A stretch of DNA of 64,000 nucleotides. It comes from Ascidiella aspersa (lineage: Eukaryota). Where the stretch lies: contig OZ004612.1 of the NCBI GenBank assembly GCA_963924565.1, positions 5,084,001-5,148,000 of the forward strand, written 5' to 3'. Shown here in pieces: positions 24,501 to 34,508 of this stretch; within the stretch, counting starts at the first letter, position 1; each line of letters opens with the position of its first letter. Below the pieces are notes generated by a model. That model did not search any database. It saw nothing but the letters and a program-made list of their open reading frames with translations, and was not told the origin of the DNA. The translations under genes were made by a program, and so were the position numbers.

Positions 24501-27500
24501 ATGGGATGGACGTTTCATCGCAAGATACATCGCCACAACTATAGAAATGCCCGATATTTACATTGATCGAGAAAATGTCTGATACTCTGAACAAAAATTA
24601 CCGCGATTCGCTCCGATACCAAATGACGTCATTACTATTCTCCACCGACGAACATTTTTTCTTTGGTGCATTTATTCGCAAAAATGCAGTTTACTAGCCA
24701 ACTCAATACTATGGGTATTAAGTTGGCTATTGGACTACATTTTTAAAACCAGTGCTTCTTCACCTTTTTTTGCGACCCACTTTTATTGCAAGTTTTATTG
24801 CGCGACCCACAATTATGACCAAACGAATGAAAAGCATATTAGTGAGAAAAGACGCAATATAATACGGATGCCAATTAGTATTAATGCGAAACTTGATTTT
24901 GCTTATGGGATATTATCAGATCAAGACGTATTTGTTACATTGCTACAAAAATGTTAGTTAATAATAATGCAATAATTTTCCGATCTAATAGAAAACTGTA
25001 ACATTTAGGAATGCTTCGCGAGCATCTGGTTGGGAAGCACTGTTTTAAACAATGGGCAACTAGATTTGGGAGTGATAATTAATTAATAAGGTTAAATTCC
25101 TAACATGTTGTATTAGTATTTTTTACGTGCTGACGAAACGTATGAAGGGTCAAATCCGTTCACCTCTGAATATACAGCTGCTTAACAGATTACACTCGTT
25201 CAATGTTCCTCTTGTAAAAAAACTTTGTTTGACGCCGATTATCGCTGATTATTTTCACACCTATTTCCGCCTTTACAGTAGAGCCTATATAATATGGTTT
25301 TCAATCACGTTTCTTGACACATGAGCTTACGTGCAGAAAGAACCCAAGTTGACGCGGTGAATGAAGAATCGTGAAGCGCGTCATCACCAGCTGACGTTTA
25401 CCAGATGACGTCATGAAGTGATGACGTAGGTCGCGAGAGAACTTCCCGCAACCCAAGTAATCATAAACTAACCAAGCGTGGACCGAGTTTCGCCAAAAAA
25501 TGAGGCCAAAGTCGGATTTAACTTTCACCGAAGTCGCCCTAACTTCTTTAACCTGGACAATCGATAAGACTATCTTTTTGCTTATGACGTGTACAAAGCA
25601 ACGATGTCAGGTCACAATGTCATCGATCGTTTTCCGGACATTTCAGTTTTTAGCAGGGAACACCTTGTAAATTTTCCGCGTTTCATTTACGGTTTGACCC
25701 GTCATTCGGATTTCAAATAAGTATACTTTCCCCTGGTTTGCAAACTATGTACTTATTTACATGCGACTAACGTCGACAGGAAAAACTAATTTCCCGGAGA
25801 ACAATTTCAAAAAGTATAGCAGGGAGAAAGGCAATTCGTCTCGTGTGACACAGATGACAAAATTTGCTGAGCACGTGAAACTCATTGTTTGGCCTTGGTT
25901 CTGCGTCTGCATATTTCCAAATCCGTTGAGTTTGTTTGAACGCAAAGACAGTGACTGGGTAGTATTCTACCATTTAAATACTTTTGCAAATATGTAACAT
26001 GACGTGCTCCTTTCTATAAAAGCTGAATTCTTCACAGCAGTGTTTTTCAAATTATATTAATTTCCGGGAGAACCATTTCGTAGAATGACAAATATTAGCT
26101 TTAATTACGCTGAAGATTTTGTATTTAAAGAAACCGTTTTTACCATATTTAAAAGCATTTTTTTGAATTTTTTTGAACAACGACTTTTTCAAATGTTTTG
26201 TATTGCACTGTACGATTTAGGCTTGATTCAATCACTCAAATACTTAAAGTTACTTGCTGCAAATTTAAACTAGCAAGGCATTTTTTTGTCATACTCACGT
26301 TGTATAGAGATCAATGTACCACACACTTTCCCCAGTAACGCCCTTCGTTGATTTCCAAGGCCCAGTTTCGTTGGGGCTTTTCGAAAACTTGTAAACTTTA
26401 TCGTTGGTCGGTTGGTAAAAGACATACACCCTTTGGATGCCTGTGGATAAATAACAGCAAAAAAGTGAACGAAGCAATACTCCAACCACTTGTCCGTTAT
26501 ATTGCAATACATGCGAAGTTAGGTGCCAGCTATACAGGTAACTCTATGGGGATTATACAACGATTCTGGATACACTTTTATTTTGGAGTCAATAAACCCC
26601 TTCAAAGTCTGTAAACAGGTTTGAGGTATCCTCTGGTTTATTGAAAACTAAAAGAATTTGCTTATACTTAAGGCAACTGTTTAAGAGTTAACGCATTTTT
26701 AATTTAATTCGACTACAGTGTTTTAGTTCAATTTGACTTGTTTTTAGTAAATTTAAGCTCATTCTTTAAAAAATGAAGTGTGCGTAAGCTTAATGAATCT
26801 TTCGGGTCTCTGATTAAAAATACAATAGGCGGGGCGAATAAATACTAGAAATTGTTAAAATGGGCTGCGTACAACTACTAGACAGGATGTGGGTTGCCAA
26901 ATCCTGATTAAAATCAATCTCTGTTATTTTTCTATGCTCACTTCACCGGTCGACAATGTGGTGTTGCAAATATACGCCCCACGCCCCATGTAGGTGCTGT
27001 GCTTAGCAAGTCAACACACCTGCTCTGTATTTGCTGTCAAGAGCTGTTGTAAGGCTAGTTTTTATCTGGGTATCTTTAGCTGAGGCGAGATGTCCTCCCA
27101 GCTTGACACATTCCCCCTCAGCTGTGTCCGCATCGACTTGGTCATTTGATAAAGTCAGAACACTGTCCTTGACGCCAAAAGTCGTCAGCTCACAAGCTAA
27201 GAAAACAAACGCCGTAGGACTAGTCAAAAATGCAAAAAAACAGCTGATGTTGTTCCATAAAAATAACAGTTTACAATTATGCAACCTTTTAACAATGAAA
27301 AGTTTTTCGACCAGTAAGGTGAACCAAACCCATTGACTAATTTTACTGAAAATAATAAATGCAAAATAACACCGTATATAATCAAATCTTCGTTACTACA
27401 AGAATAAACAATCAGTTATTTGACTGAGTTTAAGGAATTTTCTGTTTTTTTTAGATCAAATAAATTTGTTAATATACCCGAATCTTGGATCAATACATTA

Positions 27501-27620
27501 TAAATAATAAAAATTAACAAACAACATATTTTATTCCCGTACGGATGAAGACCTTACCTGCTTTGACCCTGTTTTGGTGTCCCAATAAAAACAAAAGAAA
27601 ACACAAATCCAACTTTTCAT
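9585..27620 (-). CDS. Type-I membrane receptor with 2x[split C-type-lectin-like domain + inserted domain + 2 FN3-like domains], TM and Tyr-motif tail (copy 1, ~1020 aa, 26 exons)
   Basis: Exons in transcript order: 27558-27620 (signal; 1 nt short). Unit 1: 27020-27196, 26299-26440, 23587-23672, 22362-22532, 21335-21535, 21149-21258, 20945-21043, 19275-19451, 19068-19196, 18938-19004. Unit 2: 18094-18270, 17278-17404, 16622-16710, 16395-16556, 15478-15672, 14997-15106, 14357-14467, 13740-13901, 12662-12778, 11800-11905. TM 11283-11373. Tail 10810-10859, 9959-10014, 9693-9744, 9585-9625. All GT-AG, and phases join into one ORF from exon 2 to the stop. CTLD motifs AEGECVKLGGHLAS / FIGARY..WLWSDG..C..GW..C..YACQ; FN3-like IPGLTRRSEYIIKV. 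AATAAA on - at 9109-9114. Confidence 0.85.
11283..11373 (-). CDS. Transmembrane exon of the lectin/FN3 receptor (copy 1 only)
   Basis: Encodes GVSSAIFGGVVGGLLFLLLIILIVVAVVFKR, followed by basic stop-transfer RK in the next exon; ttcag acceptor and gtagtt donor; phase 1 to phase 2. Confidence 0.9.
14635..14960. repeat. ~165-bp intronic tandem duplication (2 units in copy 1, 1 unit in copy 2 at ~52095-52255)
   Basis: gtcttg..aatttgt...cagcaataacgttt...atagcgg.ttttaaacagtgtt...ccaaaata...tcgatgaacaa...aaatatttaaa is repeated. Confidence 0.7.
20357..20780. mobile_element. MITE of the 'GACTTGAC/AAGTCA' family with internal ~30-bp tandem repeats
   Basis: CAGTGTT...TACAACACTG ends; gtcatttgtccaaaatattcaagtcaagtcaa repeated at 20584-20700. 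Confidence 0.7.
22735..22840 (-). mobile_element. tRNA-derived SINE
   Basis: On the - strand: A box TGGCTCAGTTGG, B-box-like GAGTTTGAACC, then a non-tRNA 3' tail TTTTTCTAGCCTGCCCTGCTTGC shared by other copies (34400-34508, ~60530-60635; partial at ~13490-13560, ~12860-12925, ~50860-50930). Confidence 0.75.
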
Positions 27621-28774
27621 ATTGTTTAATTTGCACCTTTAACTTGACACTGGAAAAAACAAATTTGTTAACTCTGATATATCCCTCAAGAAAAACTAGT
27701 CGCTATATAGTTTGGTTTAATTTCCCTGATCATCGACACACCATAAAAAAAACTGAGTAAAACCAGTCGCCGTACTTCATAAGGAAACTGTAGTTTATTG
27801 CCACTGATTCACTGTTTGAAAGTTGCGACCCTCGATATCGATTCCTTATTTATTACGTCATTAAAGCGCATGCAGTATGGTGGAGGCAGTTGCGCTTTTT
27901 TTGAAAACACTACCTACTCAGCTGGGTCCTACTGGGTTGCTTTTGTTGGCTATATGAGCTAAAGAGCAGTACCAGGCCCATGGAATAATGCGGACCATTT
28001 TAAACTTAATATACACACTACCTAAAGCTTTTTTGTTCCATGAGCTTCCAATATAATTACTTTAAACTTAAAATCAAGTAGAAGATCTGCTGTGAAAAAA
28101 GAAAATATTTAAAAAAGAGATATGCAGCACGAAAATTGTGTATAATTACAAAAATACCTATAATTGTGACTTGTCGTAAATATTGCCGTATTAGCGAACA
28201 GGCCGAAAACGATGAGCTTTTAGAACAGGTAAGAATTACCTATAATTGTGACTTATCTTAAATATAGGCCTACTGACGAACAGAACTAAAGTGATGGGGT
28301 TTCTAATAAAAAAAAGATCAGATAAAAATCGACCTGTATTTGTGGGTTTACATATGAAAAAAAAGTGAAACAATATTTTGTTGTCGTATAACACAACACC
28401 GTTAATAGCCTAAAACGCTTGGAACGTCAGTGGCTGAACCAATCTAAAGTCTCGCGTTTCTATATTTAACGTCCAAACGCAGATGTGTAGCCAGGGTATT
28501 TCGCGTCCAGGGAAAACTATAAAATTGGCGCCTCCTCCTCCATGTTTAATCACGTTTTCTATTACATTAGCATAATATAGCTTACCTTATGCTGAAAAAC
28601 AATTCAAATTTTAATAAAACAATGCATTTAAAAAAGAAGCAGCCACATTTAGGCATTTGTAACATTCATTTTGGCGCCCCTGTACTTTGGCGCCTGGGGC
28701 ATACGTACCCCACCGTCCCATTTAGATAAGCCTCTGTTCAAACGTCAGGGAGAGTTTCCAAAGAAAAGCTGTCA

Positions 28775-29520
28775 TTTAGAAATATAGCAGGAGAATGGCA
28801 ATTCATCTCATGTGGCACAGATAACGTTGTATGGTCCTGACAAGATCTGTGTATGCATATTCCATTTCCGTTTTGTTGCGAGCACGCCATATAGTTTGCT
28901 AAGGCAAAGGCAGTGACTTGCAACAAAAGGGGAAAAAAGAAAAAAAAATGTAAAAAGGAAAAAGTGGCCATTTAAAAGCATAGCAGGAGAATGGCAATTT
29001 ATCTCATGTGGCACAGATAACAAAATTTGCTGAGCATATGAAACTAATTGTATTTGTATGACTTGACAAAGATTTGTATCTGCATATTTCTATATCCGTT
29101 TTGTTGAGAGCAGGGCTGCGGAGACGGGAATCGGGAATCGACGGAGTCGGTTTGTTTGCTGGAGCGGACTCGGGACTGTGGACTCGAGTAAGACCACTCA
29201 AAACTACCCAAACCGACGTGCGCATGCGCAATACCAAGCTTTTAATCTAAAATGGCCGCCAACTGTATATTGTAAATGCAAAATAGCATATGGTGGATAT
29301 TTTTCAACAAGGTATTGTGAGTAAATAAATTATATGACACCCCTACAAAGTGGATTGCTGACAATCCACAGTATTTTTAGTTACGTTAATTAGGGGAATA
29401 CAGGCTATAGAGTCGGAGCCGGGCTCGGTACTCGGAAGTCGGAAGCGGGTTAATTTTAACCGAATTCGCAGCCCTAATTGCGAGCACGCCAATAGTTTGC
29501 CAAAGCAAAGGCAGTGAATC
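28775..29520. repeat. ~190-bp tandem repeat (2 units, the second interrupted by a MITE) upstream of the lectin receptor; a third related unit at ~25810-25960
   Basis: Unit atagcaggagaatggcaattc/tatctcatgtggcacagataac...tgcatatttc...tccgttttgttgcgagcacgcc...aggcagtga recurs. Confidence 0.75.
29111..29476. mobile_element. MITE of the 'GACTCG/CGAGTC' family, hAT-like
   Basis: Ends CAGGGCTGCG ... CGCAGCCCTA; degenerate 8-bp TSD gttgagag/attgcgag; empty site gttgcgagcacgcc at ~28875. Related copies at ~3690-3990, ~17650-17895, ~19500-19740, ~39710-40015, ~55477-55880, ~57330-57565. Confidence 0.8.
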
Positions 29521-29574
29521 GGAAGTTACAAAGACCCCTACAAACAAACTATAAATTTTACTATTTCAATCACA

Positions 29575-29858
29575 NNNNNNNNNNNNNNNNNNNNNNNNNN
29601 NNNNNNNNNNNNNNNNNNNNNNNNNNNNNNNNNNNNNNNNNNNNNNNNNNNNNNNNNNNNNNNNNNNNNNNNNNNNNNNNNNNNNNNNNNNNNNNNNNNN
29701 NNNNNNNNNNNNNNNNNNNNNNNNNNNNNNNNNNNNNNNNNNNNNNNNNNNNNNNNNNNNNNNNNNNNNNNNNNNNNNNNNNNNNNNNNNNNNNNNNNNN
29801 NNNNNNNNNNNNNNNNNNNNNNNNNNNNNNNNNNNNNNNNNNNNNNNNNNNNNNNNNN
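29575..29858. other. Assembly gap (284 N)
   Basis: Run of N. Confidence 1.
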
Positions 29859-29911
29859 CGAGTACAAGAAGATGCCCAACGATCAGCTCATAAACAACCA
29901 CATCGCCGACC

Positions 29912-30208
29912 GCAGTGTTTCTCAAGTTATGGGTTTACGACTCAACATTGGGTGGCAGTTTGGTTTGGTTGGTTCGCCGACTGAAGTGGTTTAATGTGGA
30001 TAATATTGGTTCGGAGATCAATTTCTCCGCAATTTGAGAATACAGCGGAAGCAATTCGAAGACTTGGCGCATATTAGTAAATTTTGCATCGATTAATGCT
30101 TCTTACGTTTTCTTCGCTTATAAAAAAGTTTGGTTAAGGGAATCTAGCTTCGCTGTTGTTCTTACGCAGCAGTCTCGGGTCGCCGCGAATAAAGGTTGAA
30201 AAACACTG
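29912..30208. mobile_element. Small MITE-like element
   Basis: Near-perfect TIRs CAGTGTTTCTCAA ... TTGAAAAACACTG; no clear TSD. Confidence 0.55.
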
Positions 30209-32343
30209 TCCTACGTAGATTGAAAATCAAATTTTAGACGATAACTATCACGATCCGACACCAATGACTGTTGTAAGCACATTTTGACCAAGTCGCTTTA
30301 CACTTCCGGTGAAACAGCGCACTCTAGCGGAATTAAACGGAGACGTTGTAGAGGGCATGATGTATACGACTAAGAGGTTTTGTATTTCCGTATGTTTTAT
30401 GATGTTTCTGCTGATGTGACAGTATTATTGCCTATGCGAAGCAACGCTAACTCACACCGAAGTGTTAAATGCTAAATAGCTTGTTTCTCCATTATCACTG
30501 CGGTCAGCATTTGAATTTTCTGTAGCTACTTAATACCGCTATCCGCTTGAAAACAAACTTCTTAGCTATCAACTGGTGCTGTTTACAGCGTTGATTGCTT
30601 TGCTGATATAGTTAAAACTGGTTGTTCGTTCATCAACTAATACAATTCTAATCACCAGAACGTCTTGTGGTGGCTCGCGAGTTAGATACGCACCTTAAAG
30701 TTGGAGTCAGAACAAAAGCGTCAATTATAACGCTATTTGTTGAATAAACTATTATAAGCTTTTTTTTTTTTTTTTTTTTTTTTGGCTAACTAAAAGAAAG
30801 CAAAGAAAGTAAGTGTAAAATAAAAGGTAAAGGGGTAGTGGTTTTGTCTTTCCATTGGCCAAAAAGTAGGCCAGGAATGCCTAACATGTCAGTAGTGGTT
30901 CACGCCCAGTCCTCAGGCCAACCATTCCCAAAGGGAGATGGTGCCGCCACATGGAAGTAGGGCCCGAGTTATAACTGCGCATCGGCAGAAGGTAAATATT
31001 TTCGCCTTTTTGTTTGGGTGTAGGTAATAAGGTAATAAATGTAGTGTCAGTAGCAGTAATAATTTTAGTGTTTTTACTGGTCTAAAAAAAAAACGTTTTA
31101 CCCGGGGAAAAAAATGCCAGGACACAAATCCCACAGGGATCCGGTTAAAGACCACCGTCAGGTAAGTATCAACATTCCAAAATCTTGCCTCACAACGTAT
31201 TTAGTCTCACGCGGTCTGTTTGGGGCCGCGGCCAAATTGGTATCTATTCATTACAACGACTTGTTTCGGTTTTGGCTCAAATTACTAGACATCGGAAGAA
31301 AATACGAAGTATTGGACATCAAGTGTTGTAAACAAGTCAGTTTCCCAGTCAACTAATTTTCAATAAATAGTTAGTAAGTCCCAGTCCAAGTTTTTATTAG
31401 ATCAAGTCAACTCCAAGTCAAAGTTATTGACAAATGAAAAGTTAAACTATTTAATTGGTAAACACGTCTGATTGTGAGCAATAACTTAAAGGAAAAACAA
31501 CAAAAATCCAACATATAAACAAGTAAAGTGTTCTACTTGCAAATTTTCAATAAATTATCCTTTTTTACGCAAAATTTCTTTTTATGAAAACACTCCCCAA
31601 GTCATTTAACTCAATGACTTCAATTCGAGTCAAGTCATTTGTCAAAAAATACTTAAGTCAGGTCAAGTCAATTTGGTAATTTTGTCCGACGCTCTTGTAT
31701 ATTTCAACAGGCAACGTTGACCACCGTGCTATCTAGCTCAGGGGCGGGCATTTGAGTGGCCCGCAGACAGTTTCTGGTGTTACATGGCCCACGTCCACAG
31801 TCTGCTGCAGAGATTGGCACGCAGTTCACAGTTCATCACCCTACTCTAACAAACAGCATTTAAGGTATGACATGCTAAAATTGTGTTGATTTTTCTTTTG
31901 ACCGCGTTAAAAATGTAAAGATACGCGACAGGCTGCTACAAAGCGGCAAAACTGTTTTTTCTTAATGTTTTTAGACTTGTTAATAGACATTTAGGAAGAA
32001 GTCATTTTGACAAAACTCTGTCTTTCAATTATACCAACAATGATAAATTGAAGGTTCTATCAATTTAAGTTTGTAGACCACTGTCTCTTTCCAGAGGGAA
32101 CCAGCAGACCTATTTTTTGGCGTATGACTACGCTTGTAAATCAGTTGTGCCGTCTGTATTCTGTATAGGCCTATAAGCTGAAACCTGCACCCAATGATTG
32201 TATATATAAAAAGTGCTCCAAGCATGAATCAAAAAAATAAAATTATATTGCTCTAATTTAAGAAACGCATAATTTCAGAACCTGAGCCTAAAAATAAAAC
32301 TAGTGAATATTTTTTAACGAGGGCACTGACTTGTAATTTTTAG

Positions 32344-32609
32344 GAGCTCATCAATATGAACTACCACCTTCTGCAAGTAATTGGCGTTGGTCATCGAAAG
32401 CTAAGCGAAATCCACAATATCGCGTCAGCACACGGGTTTGCGTGTAAGTTAACTGGCGCTGGCGGCGGTGGCTGTGCGATCGTACTTCTCCACTCGGATG
32501 AACATTTCGCAAAGCTGAAGAAAGAGTTGGACGCCAATCACTTTAAAACTGGGAGGTGAAATTAGGCTGCCCTGGTGTTAAGGTTTTTCAAGTCAAAACC
32601 GTCACGTAA
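32344..32609 (+). pseudogene. MVK: Mevalonate kinase C-terminal exon, orphan, with a 1-nt frameshift
   Basis: After a ttttag acceptor it reads ELINMNYHLLQVIGVGHRKLSEI...CKLTGAGGGGCAIVLL, the GHMP kinase motif 3 in an MVK-like context (ELIDMNQHHL..LGVGH.SL...SKLTGAGGGGC). The frame stops at 32559, but the shifted frame from 32550 gives WEVKLGCPGVKVFQVKTVT*, resembling the MVK C-terminal ETSIGAPGV. No upstream MVK exons recognised in the window. Confidence 0.85.
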
Positions 32610-32903
32610 CGTCTAAAGAGTTGACAGCATTATATTTGGCGAACTGGTATGCAATGTTTGGAGCATAATGGTTGGAGATTGTTGAAAGACGCAGTAAGAA
32701 TATCACAGCCCATACAGAAGTGGTTGACATTTCAAATATTGAAAAATTAATTAATATATGTTGAAAATAGGCTTTGGTATTCTTACTACGTGTTATGAAA
32801 TGTTGATTTAGAAAAAGGCAAATTGTATAGTTTTTACAACCGCGAAATACCACTGAAATTAAATTGTTGTTAATATTTTTGCCACATATATGTTACTTGC
32901 CAC

Positions 32904-33952
32904 TAGGGATGTTCAAAGTAGAATCCCAAGGTATTCTAGAATAATAGGTTTCGAATCTAGAATAACGAATCCAGAATAGCGAATCCTAGTATATTTTTAT
33001 TAAATTATCTAACCTTGGTTTTGTTTGGGGAAGGGATTAATCTTAATCTACCCCAACAGGGCCTACAATCACAGCAATAAATCGCCCAAACAATTTGCTA
33101 ACATGTGTACATTATAATAAAAAAATCTCCCATATGTTTAACATTCTTAACAACTGTCATTTGAAGCAGTTCTGTAAACTGTATTATGTCAACTGTCCAG
33201 GTTGTTGCCAAAACTTATATTTTTGCCAATAGTGAGTACAATGAAACACTGCACACAGAAGTCTTAATAATATATATTGCCAGAGGAACCTGTTTTAAAT
33301 ATACTATGCCTGGTAGCAACAGCATATTTACAGAAGTCTTAAGCAATTCGGTCCTGTTTTTTAAAGCATTGTTGGGTTTTAGTGCTTCTTTTTTGACTAA
33401 CATGATCTGTTATGCAGTCAAATAATGTACTGCAAAGAATACAAAGTTACTATTGACATAACCAATTCTTGACAATTACGCTGTGCATATCTTCATAACC
33501 TCGCTGAATAATGGCCTAAAGTTGACCTTAAGTAACCCTATAGCACATTTTGTAGACGGTCAGCACGTTTTACAACGTAATATCACTTTTGCAACTTAAC
33601 GCATTTAGGGCTATTGCGAACTCCACACCAGACATTACACGTTAGTCGCTCGCCCAATAATGCTTGATTGACACTTAATTATTAGACGAAAGTTATCGCG
33701 AGACGCGGTAATTGTTCGCCCGAAAAAACGCTGACACTGCACTACCAGGCTACGTTTAAAGCAAGTACTATAAATAGGTCACCGTAGCGACATGCCAACT
33801 TACCACACGCGTTTGTACAATTAGGCGCAACAATCGGCGGTAAAACATTAAATTATATCGGTTCCAATTACCCGATATAAACGGCAGAATTGGATTCTAA
33901 TCCCATCTGGATTCGAATCCAAGGATTCGATATTCTACTTTGAACATCCCTA
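32904..33952. mobile_element. Non-autonomous hAT-type DNA transposon (1049 bp)
   Basis: Perfect 21-bp TIRs TAGGGATGTTCAAAGTAGAAT (32904-32924 / 33932-33952), perfect 8-bp TSD CTTGCCAC (32896-32903 / 33953-33960), subterminal GAATC/GATTC repeats, no transposase ORF. Confidence 0.92.
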
Positions 33953-34399
33953 CTTGCCACCGAACTGTGAGTTAAAGCAAATCAAAATTATTTTTTTTTG
34001 TACGTAACCGCATTGTATTTGTACTAACTTTATTATCTTTCGACAAAATTTAAGTTTTTTTATTTATTAAATCTCGTTTTCTTTTTTGTGCTATTTGTTT
34101 TCGCTTCTTGGTTCAAAATATTGTGCTGTTGCAATTAAAATGACACCCTACCGTTTTTTTCATGATATTTGCTCCAAGCTTAAGTGTTTAGTCACTTTCA
34201 ACAGTAGCATAAAACGTTCAATATATTCTTTTTTAAATAATATTTTTTTTATTCAGCCCCGTAAGTTGGATACTTATGTTTAACCAGGTTAAGAAAATAT
34301 AAAGTTTGCCGCCTTTGCTCATAACTTAAGATAAAAATTGTGTGTTACATCGGGAGCCTTCAAAGGGGCTTACATAAATCAGTTGATCAATCAAGGATT

Positions 34400-34508
34400 T
34401 CGTGCGAGCAAGGCCAGGCTAGACAAATTAACTAGCTTGCGACGAGGTTCGAACTCACGACCTGGTGCTACTGGGACCGTCACTCTGCCTAACTGCTCTA
34501 CACACAAC
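34400..34508 (-). mobile_element. tRNA-derived SINE (same family as 22735-22840)
   Basis: A box TAGAGCAGTTAGG, shared GACGGTCCC core, B box GAGTTCGAACC, tail TGTCTAGCCTGGCCTTGCTCGC. Confidence 0.72.

Larger units (their letters stand above)
1733..26700 (+). repeat. Segmental duplication, copy 1
   Basis: Colinear with 37760-64000, e.g. ORF pairs 2250/38277, 7350/43540, 13683/51053, 19251/57077, 22315/60110, 24730/62308. Confidence 0.95.

Noticed and set aside
29859-29911. Possible coding fragment EYKKMPNDQLINNHI next to the gap
   Set aside because: Too short, truncated by the gap and a MITE; no family assignable and not MVK-like.
29514-29984. Long ORFs 29514-29984, 29538-29879 and 29566-29925
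   Set aside because: Artefacts of translating through the N gap.
30760-30783. Poly-T (24 nt) as the tail of a retrocopy
   Set aside because: No TSD or recognisable retro-transcribed body could be established.
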